A stretch of 64,000 nt of DNA from a virus. The notes beneath the pieces were generated by a model. That model made no database searches. It worked only from the letters and a program-made list of their open reading frames with translations, and was not told the DNA's origin. The stretch is taken from positions 34,894 to 98,893 of IMG/VR virus record IMGVR_UViG_3300009506_000009; one strand, 5' to 3'. Position 1 is the first letter of the stretch. Each line of letters starts with the position of its first letter. This document shows, piece by piece, positions 19,443-29,275 of the stretch. A program made the translations under genes and the position numbers.

Positions 19443-20045
19443 ATGCCGTTAATCGTAATTGAAGGACCAGACTTTTCAGGTAAGAGCACACTAGCAAAAC
19501 AGCTTTATGAAGACTGCTTCCCGGCACAGTTACTTCACGAGCCTGGGTCCACCAAATTAACTGAGCATATTCGCCTGGGTATGAAAAGTTACCCGATGCA
19601 GATTGATGCTCGACAGCTTATTATGCATGGCTGTAGACTTGATCTAGTTGGAACAGAAAACCTTTGGGATACTCAGGATCGACTGGTGATCCTGGATCGG
19701 TATGTCCCGTCCACAATCGTTTATGGTGTCACTGATGGAATCCCACTTGATACCTTACAGAATCTGTTTCATCTATTCCCGGTCCCGGTGCCGGATGTCA
19801 CGTTTGTGCTAGTCCCTCACCTTGAGACAATCTTAGGCAGGTTTGCGATGCGATCTGGACTCGATGCATTGGAAGGGTCCAGAGAAAGAATCATTCGAAT
19901 ATACCAAAATTATAAGGCTCTTGCCCATAATTTCCCTGGTATGGTACACATTATTGAAGAGCACAACCCATACCCCGCTATCAGAGAAATCCTATTGTCT
20001 AATCCCAGGTATGCATCCTACCTATATGAAACCTGGACAAGATAG
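19443..20045 (+). CDS. tmk: thymidylate kinase
   Basis: IVIEGPDFSGKST, HEPG, LDRY, PDVTF. Confidence 0.88.
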   Translation: MPLIVIEGPDFSGKSTLAKQLYEDCFPAQLLHEPGSTKLTEHIRLGMKSYPMQIDARQLIMHGCRLDLVGTENLWDTQDRLVILDRYVPSTIVYGVTDGIPLDTLQNLFHLFPVPVPDVTFVLVPHLETILGRFAMRSGLDALEGSRERIIRIYQNYKALAHNFPGMVHIIEEHNPYPAIREILLSNPRYASYLYETWTR

Positions 20046-20078
20046 CTATCTTGTGGTATACTTGCAGTGGAGGTATCT

Positions 20079-20651
20079 ATGATATCATTTGAACGAGAAA
20101 TCCGAGAGTACTTGAAAGCCAAGAATGTTACATTCATTGACTATGGTGCCTCTTATGACCAGCCTGACTTTGAGATCAAAGGGCGGACAACAACCTTTTT
20201 GGCGGAAGCCAAAGAGAAGAGGCAGACCTACTCTACCAGCACATGGCCTATTAACTTCCCTGAAACCAAGGCGTTCATCTTGGATGAACTAACAGCACGT
20301 AAGTTGATGATGTACCCACAGAACGGATGCCTTGTTATCCGGGATAACACCACCGGATTGTACTACTTCACTGATCCTGTCCGACTCTGGTTGATGCCAC
20401 GCACCCGCTGTGAACGCAACCATAACGGCTTTATGAAGGGTAAGTGGGTTCTAAACTTTGATAGCTTCATGCAGTCTGACCGTTTATCTGATCTGTTCGT
20501 CTGGATGAGAGATTGGGTAAATGAGTCCAAAGAGTTATTCAGCAGGGACGCACACTTACACGCTGTGGATATCCCAGGTGAAACCATTGTAGAAGCTGGT
20601 ACCCCACGTACCGAAGAACAGAAGGAGCACGATGTCCAGGAAACCCGCTAG
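20079..20651 (+). CDS. PD-(D/E)XK-like nuclease
   Basis: PDF...AEAKEK; own promoter TGGACA-17-TATACT at 20034-20062. Confidence 0.5.
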   Translation: MISFEREIREYLKAKNVTFIDYGASYDQPDFEIKGRTTTFLAEAKEKRQTYSTSTWPINFPETKAFILDELTARKLMMYPQNGCLVIRDNTTGLYYFTDPVRLWLMPRTRCERNHNGFMKGKWVLNFDSFMQSDRLSDLFVWMRDWVNESKELFSRDAHLHAVDIPGETIVEAGTPRTEEQKEHDVQETR

Positions 20652-21938
20652 AAAACTTCGTACCAAATACATGAAACAGATCACGCAACAACCTGTCACT
20701 GTGATGCAGTCTATTATGCAATCTAATGGGGGGTTATCTGTTAAGCTGTTGATGCTTATGTTCGCTCGGCTGGTACACATCTTAGTATCCCGTGGCTTTC
20801 TTCATGCTGGAGAAGTTTTGTTTATTACCTCCGGGTATTACTTCCCGGATGAAGAGTACGCTGATTGGACCCCTGCGGATGAGCTAGATCAAGGTCCAGA
20901 AATCCCAATTATAAGGACAAGATAATGCCTAAACACAAACCAACACCGATGGATATTGATGCCTTGTTTTCGAAGGTACCCTTCAAACCAGGGTTCTCTT
21001 TCACCCCTCACATCCCTACACAGCTTAAGGAAATCCTCAAGGCTATGCCTGAGTATGATGTAACCTACCTGAAGAAGGTTGTCCCAAAACCTCAGTCGGT
21101 AAAAACTCTGTTGGCCCAGGCTGGCTATGGTCCACTGCGTGGGGTAGGATATACACGCAAGAATAAGGATCAAACCAAGAAGGCCAGGAAAACATCTGCA
21201 CGCTCACGAGCCAGGAATAGGAGGAGCTAATGTGTAATTGCTGGTGTCCAGACCTTACGTTCGTAGTGGCACAGTTGGTGGTTACAATAATTGTCTGTGC
21301 GCTCTATATTATTCTGAGGCTAAAGTATGATGATTGATAAAACTGTTGATCTACTCGACTATATGCTTGATCTCCTTCTAAGTCACCTGAAGGATGTCAA
21401 GATTAAACGCTTCACTTATGGTACCCTTATTGGTTACCGTATGGGCAAGCTGTCTCCTGAAGCTGTCGAAGGTCTATTTACCCATGGTGACCTGTGGACA
21501 TTGATGTATGACCTGTGTCTGCGGTGGGATGGCAGGGAAGACATCCATGGTCCTGTAGATATGGTAAACGATTGGTTCTCTGTGGAGGAAAGCCCCTATG
21601 CCAACTGCTGAATTAAGAACTGAACGCAAGTCTCTGATTAAGAGAGCCGCTGTGCTCCTGGGATGGTTCGTTGCCGGAGTCGTGGCTGTTATCGGGACAG
21701 TGCTACTGCTCCCCTATCCCACAGATTGGGTCGTAGCAGGTATCCTTGGATTCTTACACTTCTCTGTTGTTGGGTATGAGGTTGGTATCTATATCCGTAA
21801 ATGGCAAACGTATGCAAGGCTGGTTCACTACGCTCAGTATGATGATCAGGTGTGCAGTCAGTGTTCGTTGCAAAACTCAGCGGCATGTCAGGACTTGAAG
21901 GCACAAATCTTTGAGGACTTGAAGAAAGGAATCCTAGA

Positions 21939-22499
21939 ATGAGTACAATCATCTTTGATGTGGATGGCACGGTCTTGGACCTGCATACCCCATGGGTAAA
22001 AGAGTATAATCGCTTGACTGGCTCTGATCTGCGGCTCCATCAGATTACTGATTGGTATATACCTCCCTTCATGCCAAAACTCTCTGAGAAAGAGATCGTA
22101 GCTATCATCGCCGACCCACTCATCTATGATGAGGTTGAACCTATCCCAGGCGTGTGGGAAGTGATTGAACAGCTTCGCAAGGAACAGCACACGGTCCTGT
22201 TTGCTTCTGATTGCTATCCTAGTTTGTTCCGGGCTAAGTTCATGTGCCTCAAACGCCATGGCTTCTTGGTTGAACGGGAAGACTTCTGGTCTGTCCCCAT
22301 CAAGTATAAGCACCTGCTGAAATGCTCTGCAATAATCGATGACCATAACGGGATAGTGAACGACCATCCTAATGGCATCCTGTATTGTCAGCCCTGGAAT
22401 AAGTGGGCGAGGATGACTCCCGGCAAACAGTTCATCTATAACTGGTTGGATGTGGACGGAGCAATTGAAACCATCTATGATGTGGTGTTTGACGACTAG
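21939..22499 (+). CDS. 5'(3')-deoxyribonucleotidase (HAD, NT5C-like)
   Basis: FDVDGTVLD, IIDD, QPWN. Confidence 0.85.
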   Translation: MSTIIFDVDGTVLDLHTPWVKEYNRLTGSDLRLHQITDWYIPPFMPKLSEKEIVAIIADPLIYDEVEPIPGVWEVIEQLRKEQHTVLFASDCYPSLFRAKFMCLKRHGFLVEREDFWSVPIKYKHLLKCSAIIDDHNGIVNDHPNGILYCQPWNKWARMTPGKQFIYNWLDVDGAIETIYDVVFDD

Positions 22500-23272
22500 G
22501 GTTTTTGAAATCCACCAACAAAAAAATTAAGGCCCCCTTTCCTTCGGGATTGGGGGTCTCTTTTTTTATTTATTTATTTCAATTTCTTTTTCTATTTTAT
22601 TTTGTTTTAAATATTTTATTGCATTTTCTAATGTGGGTATTTTCTCTTTGAGTAAGCCTAGAGATACGTTACATCCATGACACAAAACTCCTCGATACTT
22701 TCCCGTGTCATGGTCATGATCGATGCATAGCTGTTCTTCACTCCCGCATATCTCACATTGCGTAGGCATCTGCTGTAGATCAGTTAATGTCATGTTGTAC
22801 CGGGTAGCGTATACCCCCCACCCTTTATCTGTGCAGGATGTACAGTACTTTTTAGACGCAGGCTCCCCACATATCTCACAAACGACATCAAGCTCTATCT
22901 TGCCTTCTCTCTGCCACAGGTCTATGGTGCTTGAGTGCACATCGACTAGGGTTGCTAACTCCGTCCTCCGAATGTTAGGCCGTACCTCTAAAATATCCTG
23001 TGCCATCAGGAGCTTACGGTTGCAACTTTTTGATATGTTGTATAGATGGGGATCACGACTCTTTGCCCAGTAGCTTACTGATTGGGTTGAGATTCCGAAC
23101 ATTCGACTTACCTGTTCCAGGGTTAGGTTTGTGTGCAGGAATATATCTGCAACTAGCTGTTTGTATTTTGGGTGGTATGCCATACCGGACATTATACCAC
23201 AGGTGGGGGTAATTGTCAAATCGGGCCTACGGGTGGTGGTGGTCAGGGTTTTTGAAACACCACAAAAATTAA
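22498..23272. repeat. imperfect direct repeats flanking the EndoVII-type gene
   Basis: AGGGTTTTTGAAA-TCCACCAACAAAAAAATTAA (22498-22530) and AGGGTTTTTGAAA-CACCACAAAAATTAA (23245-23272). Confidence 0.75.
22566..23183 (-). CDS. HTH + endonuclease VII domain protein (homing endonuclease-like)
   Basis: Two HTH-like segments; CEICG...LCIDHDHDTGKYRGVLCHGCNVSLG; leaderless from TTGACA(23219-14)-17-TATAAT(23196-91). Confidence 0.85.
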   Translation of the reverse strand: MAYHPKYKQLVADIFLHTNLTLEQVSRMFGISTQSVSYWAKSRDPHLYNISKSCNRKLLMAQDILEVRPNIRRTELATLVDVHSSTIDLWQREGKIELDVVCEICGEPASKKYCTSCTDKGWGVYATRYNMTLTDLQQMPTQCEICGSEEQLCIDHDHDTGKYRGVLCHGCNVSLGLLKEKIPTLENAIKYLKQNKIEKEIEINK

Positions 23273-23279
23273 CTGCCAG

Positions 23280-23940
23280 GGTGCCTACTTACACGTGTAA
23301 GGCGATCAATCCGCCCAACATTGGTCCGAATTGTCCACTTCACGTCTGGATGACCCTTCGTGTCACAGTGACACTAACCCACTGCTGGACGCCTAATCGG
23401 ACGTATGCGACCGACTATATCTTATTACGTGCACGTATGCGTTAGTGTGCGTATGACACTAACTAATAATCGGACTAACATGGTCGGCAATATCCAAATA
23501 GGATGGTGTCATGCCGACACTAACCCCCCTTAGTGTTTACTTGACAATAACTCCCAGGTTGAAACATAGTGTCGCCGATACACTAACCCCCATTTTTGTC
23601 CAAACATTGTCATAATTGGACAATGCAGGTCTTATTACACCAATTCCTTTTTGAATATGACAAAGGTTGTCCGATTCACGCCTGGGTGACGCCTGGGAGA
23701 ATGGTGCGACAAATGTCATAAAAAACATGTGACAAATGACACTTGACCCATTACGAAAAAATTGGTTGAATAGTGGCAGAACCTTACCAACCCGCCTGAC
23801 CCGCTCGCTCGCTCGCACATTCGTGTGCGGTCGGGTGAGTGCGAGCGCAGGCACACACACACACTCACGGGGGCGCACCAGCCCGCCTGTGCGACGCCAC
23901 ATGCGACAGCCCGCCTAACGAGCATATACGTGAGTGTGTA
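23280..23940. repeat. non-coding tract with short iterated motifs (candidate origin or packaging/terminus region)
   Basis: ACACTAAC x4 (~23371, 23457, 23517, 23580), TAATCGGAC x2, CCCGCCT x3, alternating purine-pyrimidine runs. Confidence 0.55.
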
Positions 23941-24512
23941 CGCCACCCTACGGGTGGCAGGCAACTAGCATAACGCACATCCGTGTCCGTGAAAGCCTGC
24001 ACGCCTATAACACCCACATCCGTGACCGTGAAAGCACCCCGTAGGGGTGGCGACCAATAACCAAGTCCTACGCTAGTCACGTAGTGACTGGGTTGCGACC
24101 TTAACAACCAAGCCGTACCTGAAAGTCCCCTTTAGGGGACTGCCAATCAAGCCTTCCGCAAGGGTGACTTGTTCCAGGCAGGCGGCGGAATATCCACGCA
24201 ATCTCACCCCGTAAGGGGTGGGGCAACCACTGAGCGACGCAATAGCCAGCCGTAGGCTGAAGCTACCCCCACTGCAAGTACTGCCGTAGGCAGAGACCCT
24301 GGTGGGCAACCCAAAGCCGCACAAGCGAAGGCAACATATGTTGCCTGACTAGCAACTCACTCTCAAGTCCTTCGGACTTGGAGATGGCGACCAAACAGGC
24401 GTACCCTGCGAAGCAGAAGTGGGAGTGGGAGTTTCGCACCAAGCACTCGTAAGAGTGCTTCGCAGGCGGCTCGGATGTGCTGAGTACACACACAATTTAC
24501 CGGAGGTAAATC

Positions 24513-24698
24513 ATGTCCCCTACCAGCAAAACCTACAACGTCGTGATCACAGTCCAAAGGACTGTGGATAGTAAGTCCACCACTTTTGGTCACCCTAAGT
24601 TTCTGCCTTTGGCAGAAGCATTGCAGGTGGTTAGCGATTATGCTAATCGCTATGCTAAGCACTACTCGGTTTCTAGCACCCTAATCCCCACCCGTTAG
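24513..24698 (+). CDS. small hypothetical protein
   Basis: GGAGGT RBS within a hairpin. Confidence 0.6.
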   Translation: MSPTSKTYNVVITVQRTVDSKSTTFGHPKFLPLAEALQVVSDYANRYAKHYSVSSTLIPTR

Positions 24699-24799
24699 TC
24701 CGTAGGACTAACGATTTCACTCAGCACATCCGACCTGCTTGCGAAGCAGGCTAAGTACTTCGTACTTAGTCAACCTACCCCTAAATCGGAGATTTAGCC

Positions 24800-24928
24800 A
24801 TGAAAAAAGCACTCGTTATCGGTCTCGCAATCGTGATTATCCCCCTGCTCAACTACGTTGGGATGTCGTTGGCAGATGTCATCAATGTCCTTACGGACAT
24901 TGGCAACCAAGTACTGGCGGCTTTCTAA
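24800..24928 (+). CDS. 42-aa hydrophobic peptide
   Basis: GGAG RBS; MKKALVIGLAIVIIPLLNYVGMSLADVINVLTDIGNQVLAAF. Confidence 0.6.
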   Translation: MKKALVIGLAIVIIPLLNYVGMSLADVINVLTDIGNQVLAAF

Positions 24929-25008
24929 GCACGCCAATTTCTCAACTCAGCGTATCCGACCTGCTTGCGAAGCAAGCAGAGATCACACATTAGTCCAAGG
25001 AGTATATC

Positions 25009-25290
25009 ATGTCCACAAACCCGGAAGCCCACCTTTGGTGGAAATTTAGCGACAACTATACCGCCGCTTATTACAAGTTAGACCACAAAGTGGTCTATGT
25101 GCAAGCCAAGACCGAGACTGCCGCAGTCGCACGATTCGAGCGTGTGACAGGCTGTGACCCTTGGGTCACCCACTGCCGTTGCTGTGCAAGCCGTGACTTT
25201 CACTGGGAGCGTCTGGAAGGTACTCCCTATGGGGAGTATAGACCACAAGGTCTGTTGATCTTCGTGGATGATAGCACTGAAGTGCTATAG
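25009..25290 (+). CDS. hypothetical phage protein
   Basis: AAGGAG RBS; HCRCC motif. Confidence 0.6.
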   Translation: MSTNPEAHLWWKFSDNYTAAYYKLDHKVVYVQAKTETAAVARFERVTGCDPWVTHCRCCASRDFHWERLEGTPYGEYRPQGLLIFVDDSTEVL

Positions 25291-25300
25291 GAGATAAGCC

Positions 25301-25531
25301 ATGTACACGTATGTCATCCTGCAAGCGTATGCCGACCCTAGCGACCCGCAGTATTATACCTGCACACTCACCCGCTATGCTGGCCCAAGTAAGGCCATCG
25401 CCAACCGAACCATTGAGCAGGTTCGTAAAGAACCTGACACCGAATGGGTTGAAGTGGAAGTCTGGCAAGACACAGACAAAGTCTGTGAGTTTAGCGTGTC
25501 CCCCGATGGGGAAGTAAGCCAATTCGAGTGA
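25301..25531 (+). CDS. hypothetical protein
   Basis: AGGAG RBS. Confidence 0.6.
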   Translation: MYTYVILQAYADPSDPQYYTCTLTRYAGPSKAIANRTIEQVRKEPDTEWVEVEVWQDTDKVCEFSVSPDGEVSQFE

Positions 25532-25624
25532 CGTTTGTCATAGTCAACTAGTGACATTTGTCACTGTCCAAGTCATGCCAACCCCAGTATACTGGGGATA
25601 AATCTGCACCACAGGAGTTTAGCT

Positions 25625-26011
25625 ATGCTAAAGTTTACTCGCAAGATCGTTGTCCACGTCGTGACTGCCGAAGGCAGTCCAGAGAGCCACAAGTACTGGC
25701 GAGACCGCTTTGCGGCTTGTGCGCCAGACGGTTTCACCGTCTTCTTGCCGGAAGCCGTCGAAGGTGGGTGGCGGATGGCTGATGGCTCAGTTGTCACTGA
25801 GCCAGTGTCACTGTTCGAAGTGTGGGAACCTTCGGTTCCCCAGGTGGTCGATGTACTGACCGTTGCAAGTCAGTTGCAAACTGACGAGAACCAGGAAGCC
25901 GTGAGCGTGCAGTGGGTTTCACCCACTGGTTGGGTTGCGGCAATCTGCTTCGACAGTGCCGACTGGTTAGAGTTAGAAACTCTAATCCGGGCGGATCAAC
26001 CAGCCGACTAG
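25625..26011 (+). CDS. hypothetical protein
   Basis: AGGAG RBS; GFTV...GGW...E...QEAV pattern. Confidence 0.6.
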   Translation: MLKFTRKIVVHVVTAEGSPESHKYWRDRFAACAPDGFTVFLPEAVEGGWRMADGSVVTEPVSLFEVWEPSVPQVVDVLTVASQLQTDENQEAVSVQWVSPTGWVAAICFDSADWLELETLIRADQPAD

Positions 26012-26066
26012 TCGGCTGACAAGTACTGGGACCCCTTCGGGGGTCCCAATTTCCAGGAGTAAAATC

Positions 26067-26669
26067 ATGATCGAGAATTTGTTGGCGTTTTACGCCAAAG
26101 CACTGCCCACCGAACGTGCCCAGGCACGCTGGTATCATACCGCCCACGATGAGTGCAAGTCCGTTGCCTACGAGTTAGGCGTGCCGTTCAAACACTTCGT
26201 GTTTGCAGTGGCGGCACTGTCACCGGGGTGCTACTGGGAGCGGAACATCCTAGGGGTCGAGCAACTGGTCACCGAAGGTGACACGGGGTACGGCTATCGG
26301 CGCAACAGAGCGAAAGCTCTGGAGTGCTTAGCAGGGAACCTGCAAGCACTGCGGGGACCGAAGGTCACTCGCTTTGCGGCGAATATCCTGGACCCGGACC
26401 AACACGCCTACGATGTGGTCGTGGACATGTGGGCATGGCGTGCCTGGGAAGGGGTCGTCATTGGCGAAGCCAAGAGCCTGACCCCGAAGCAGTACGAAGC
26501 CATAGCCGAAGGCTATGTGTCGGCGGCTAAGCAAGTCGGCCTAACCCCTTCGGCCTTTCAAGCAGTCGTCTGGACCGTAACCCGGCGACTGGGCAAGTCT
26601 GCTCTGTTAGAGCAGAGATTGGAGCGTAATCGTGAGAAGCGACAAGCAAAGGTTAGCGGAGCTAACTGA
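26067..26669 (+). CDS. conserved phage protein, possible HhH-glycosylase-like fold
   Basis: WY...AALSP..WERN...GPKVTRF..NI...VVDMWAWRA...QAVVW. Confidence 0.55.
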   Translation: MIENLLAFYAKALPTERAQARWYHTAHDECKSVAYELGVPFKHFVFAVAALSPGCYWERNILGVEQLVTEGDTGYGYRRNRAKALECLAGNLQALRGPKVTRFAANILDPDQHAYDVVVDMWAWRAWEGVVIGEAKSLTPKQYEAIAEGYVSAAKQVGLTPSAFQAVVWTVTRRLGKSALLEQRLERNREKRQAKVSGAN

Positions 26670-26892
26670 GAAAGCCAACCTGATCCTGGACATCCGGGAT
26701 CGAGAGCACTTGGCAGGTGTTCCACCTGTCAACCTGGAAGGTTACGACTGGCAAGCACTTCGTGCTTACTATCGGAGCCTGACCCCTGTTATCACAGGGG
26801 ACGACCGACCGTTCAACCCCGAAGCCCACTACGGGACCCTTGGGGATTATTACGACAGTCAGGAATGACTGTCAATTTGCAGGAGTAAAGCC

Positions 26893-27219
26893 ATGACCAT
26901 CACACTGACCGCCCACGTGTTAGACCGTATTGCCGACCGACCGCTCATCAGCTATGCTGACCTGTGCAAGGCCGTTGACAACATCGAGCAGTGGATTGGC
27001 AAGTATGCCAAGTGCCGCCAAGTGGCGGTAGTACTGCGTGAGTATGACCACTGCGTGAACCTGGGGAACACCTACGGTGACCGTCTGGTTCTCGTGGTGG
27101 ATGTGGAACAGGGTACTGTTCCGACGATCTTCTGCCGCAACAAAGTCCAACGTAAGCCGCAGTCAGTCCAGGCATACGTGAACATGTACGGGTATCCGGT
27201 GCAGGCCGGACGCCGATAG
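26893..27219 (+). CDS. putative BECR-fold/DUF4258-like ribonuclease
   Basis: ITLTAHVLDRIADR N-terminus; LVLVVD...VPTIF C-terminal strands. Confidence 0.4.
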   Translation: MTITLTAHVLDRIADRPLISYADLCKAVDNIEQWIGKYAKCRQVAVVLREYDHCVNLGNTYGDRLVLVVDVEQGTVPTIFCRNKVQRKPQSVQAYVNMYGYPVQAGRR

Positions 27220-27499
27220 GAGCAAGTTATGCCACCCCTAGTTGTTGTCCCAATCCTGATTGCACTGATTGCATGGTGCATTGGCCTGCTGTCCTACTTC
27301 GTAGGGCAGTTCTTCGAAGTCGAGAGCTTTATACTTGTGAGCAAGTTCTGTAAACTGACCATTGTGCTCTGCTTTTTAGCAGAGATCGCCGTAGTTGTAT
27401 CCACCTGTTAGTCCAGCCAGACCTAAGCCAGTCGGCTTACATCGCAGTCACACGTCCCGACTGGCTAGGATTTCATCCTAGAACCGAAGGAGTAATGAG

Positions 27500-27703
27500 A
27501 TGACATATTACACAGTCGAAATCCGCAGTGACGGTGAAACCGTCATGATAGGACGTACACCAGGGTTGGACACAGCCCTGCTCACCGTGCACACCAACCT
27601 GAAGCACTACGGGGGATTGGTCAAGCCCGTGCGTAACGTCAAGCACCGATGGGTGGGGTACGTTGATGGGCACACCATCGCCATCCAGGTAACACAGGCG
27701 TAA
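27500..27703 (+). CDS. hypothetical protein
   Basis: AAGGAG RBS. Confidence 0.55.
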   Translation: MTYYTVEIRSDGETVMIGRTPGLDTALLTVHTNLKHYGGLVKPVRNVKHRWVGYVDGHTIAIQVTQA

Positions 27704-27710
27704 GTACTGG

Positions 27711-27822
27711 CTGGTGCTTCGCTCTCCGCCGACCCTATTGGGGTAGCCTACCAAGGCATGGGCGATGATGGACGACCCCCAGGCGTCCGGGGCGGACAGC
27801 GGGGCATCAGTTTTATTTTTTT
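27711..27822 (+). ncRNA. multibranch structured RNA followed by a U-tract
   Basis: CTGGTGC/GCATCAG, TTCGCT/AGCGGG, TCCGCC/GGCGGA nested stems with internal hairpins; TTTTATTTTTTTT after. Confidence 0.5.
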
Positions 27823-28819
27823 TCTCTCGTGTGTACATGTGCGTACACGTATTGGGTTTTTTAGAGTACTTTGCGGGGTCCCTTTTCCGGTCCCTATAGG
27901 AGAGTGAGTGATGAAAGTCGGACGTATTGCAGTAAACGCCCAATGTTTCTTGGGCAACCTTCCCTTCCAGGCTGTAAGCCTTCCCGAAAGTCTGGCACAC
28001 TGGAAGTTCTACCTGGACACACACATGTCCATCATCGAGACCCCTGGTCTCAGCTTCACGGATTGGAACCTGGGCAACGACTGCTTTGGGTTCTACTTTT
28101 GGGATACCGAAGGCAACGACATCACCACGCAAGCACTGGCACAGATCAGCGACGTGCACTTGCGCCTATATGCTGGTTGTCGGTCAGCCTGCCTAGTTTT
28201 CCACCTTACCGAAGGTAACCACACAGATCAGGCATGGGTTTGGTTCCAAGCCTGCACCATCCGATAGGAGAGTATCATGTTGACAGTTTCGAAAGTTCGT
28301 GTTACCCTTAAGGGTAAGCAAGCAGTGAAGGCAGTATTCACCACCACAGGTGAGTACTTCACCTTCCGCTATGGGTCATGGATGACCCCTGGCTCCATCC
28401 TGCACCTGGACAGTGCGGGTAAGCCTGTCCGTGGTGACATCCGCAGGGGTGAGGACGCAGATGGACCCATCTTCACCGAAGGTGTGGCCTTGTGGCCCAT
28501 CTAAGTACAGGCAGGGGTCGAAGGACCCCTGATTTCGGACCATTCAACCTAATGAGTACAAAGGAGTAGATCATGAGAAACGTTTACGGAGTACGCTGTG
28601 GTAGTGAGAGTATGTACGGGCATGTGATCTGTGTGGTCGCCGCTGAAAGCGTAACAGAAGCACGTGATGTAGTTCGCAAATCACAGGAGTACGCCACACT
28701 CAACAAGCAATGGCAAGTATACTGCACATCGCTGAATGCAGTCAATGGTCCCTTCGGGATCACTAGTCAGGAAACAGGTGTTTTACACACCTATCCAGAG
28801 TTAAATTAGGAGATTACAC

Positions 28820-29266
28820 ATGTTAACTTTAGTTCCAGCATACGGTCGTGATTACAAAAGCAAGGCGGCAGTCCAGGCGGACCTGGACGCAGGCAAGGAC
28901 TTCGAAGTAGTCTGGACGCCTGTCGATCCTGGTGGGTACGCAACTGCGTCGGACCTGTTAGAAGACGGGCACACTCAGGTGCGGGTGCGCTACCAGCGTA
29001 AGACCAAGGTGGGAGTGTTTACACTCCATGAGCCTGAGCCATATGACAAGGGTCTTGAGCAGGGGGCAACGAACCTGGAAGAGTTCGTCAACACGTACAT
29101 CAGTACGCCAGTAGCCTGGGCGACCATGTTCTTGATAGATCATGACAAAGACATCCAGAAAATGCTTGATGATGGGGATGGTAGTGAGTATGAGAAGAGT
29201 TCTTTCAAAGACATGATTGCTGAGTTGGCAGACGCCCTGCAACAATGGGCAGAAGATGAGGAGTAA
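28820..29266 (+). CDS. conserved phage protein
   Basis: LVPAYGRDYKSKAAVQADLDAGKDF. Confidence 0.6.
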   Translation: MLTLVPAYGRDYKSKAAVQADLDAGKDFEVVWTPVDPGGYATASDLLEDGHTQVRVRYQRKTKVGVFTLHEPEPYDKGLEQGATNLEEFVNTYISTPVAWATMFLIDHDKDIQKMLDDGDGSEYEKSSFKDMIAELADALQQWAEDEE

Positions 29267-29275
29267 GGAGTAAAC

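Larger units (their letters stand above)
23942..24979. other. dense array of perfect hairpins with C-GNA-G / C-GTAA-G loops
   Basis: 12 triloop and 3 GTAA-tetraloop perfect inverted repeats (coordinates in findings). Confidence 0.85.

Noticed and set aside
23942-24485. Group II intron or known large ncRNA (GOLLD/ROOL-like)
   Set aside because: GTGCG and AGCCGTA fragments occur but there is no domain V helix or RT. Loops are triloops on both strands rather than RNA tetraloops. An RNA role is not excluded, but no known class can be supported.
23131-24493. ORFs called across the non-coding block
   Set aside because: No RBS, low-complexity Arg/Cys-rich translations, overlapping on both strands.
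23280-24980. CRISPR array
   Set aside because: Repeats are short, irregularly spaced and lack constant-length spacers; no cas genes.
28280-28308. sigma70 promoter TTGACA-17-TACCCT in the early region
   Set aside because: Lies inside the first codons of ORF 28277 and may be chance; kept only as a caveat to the promoter-free claim.
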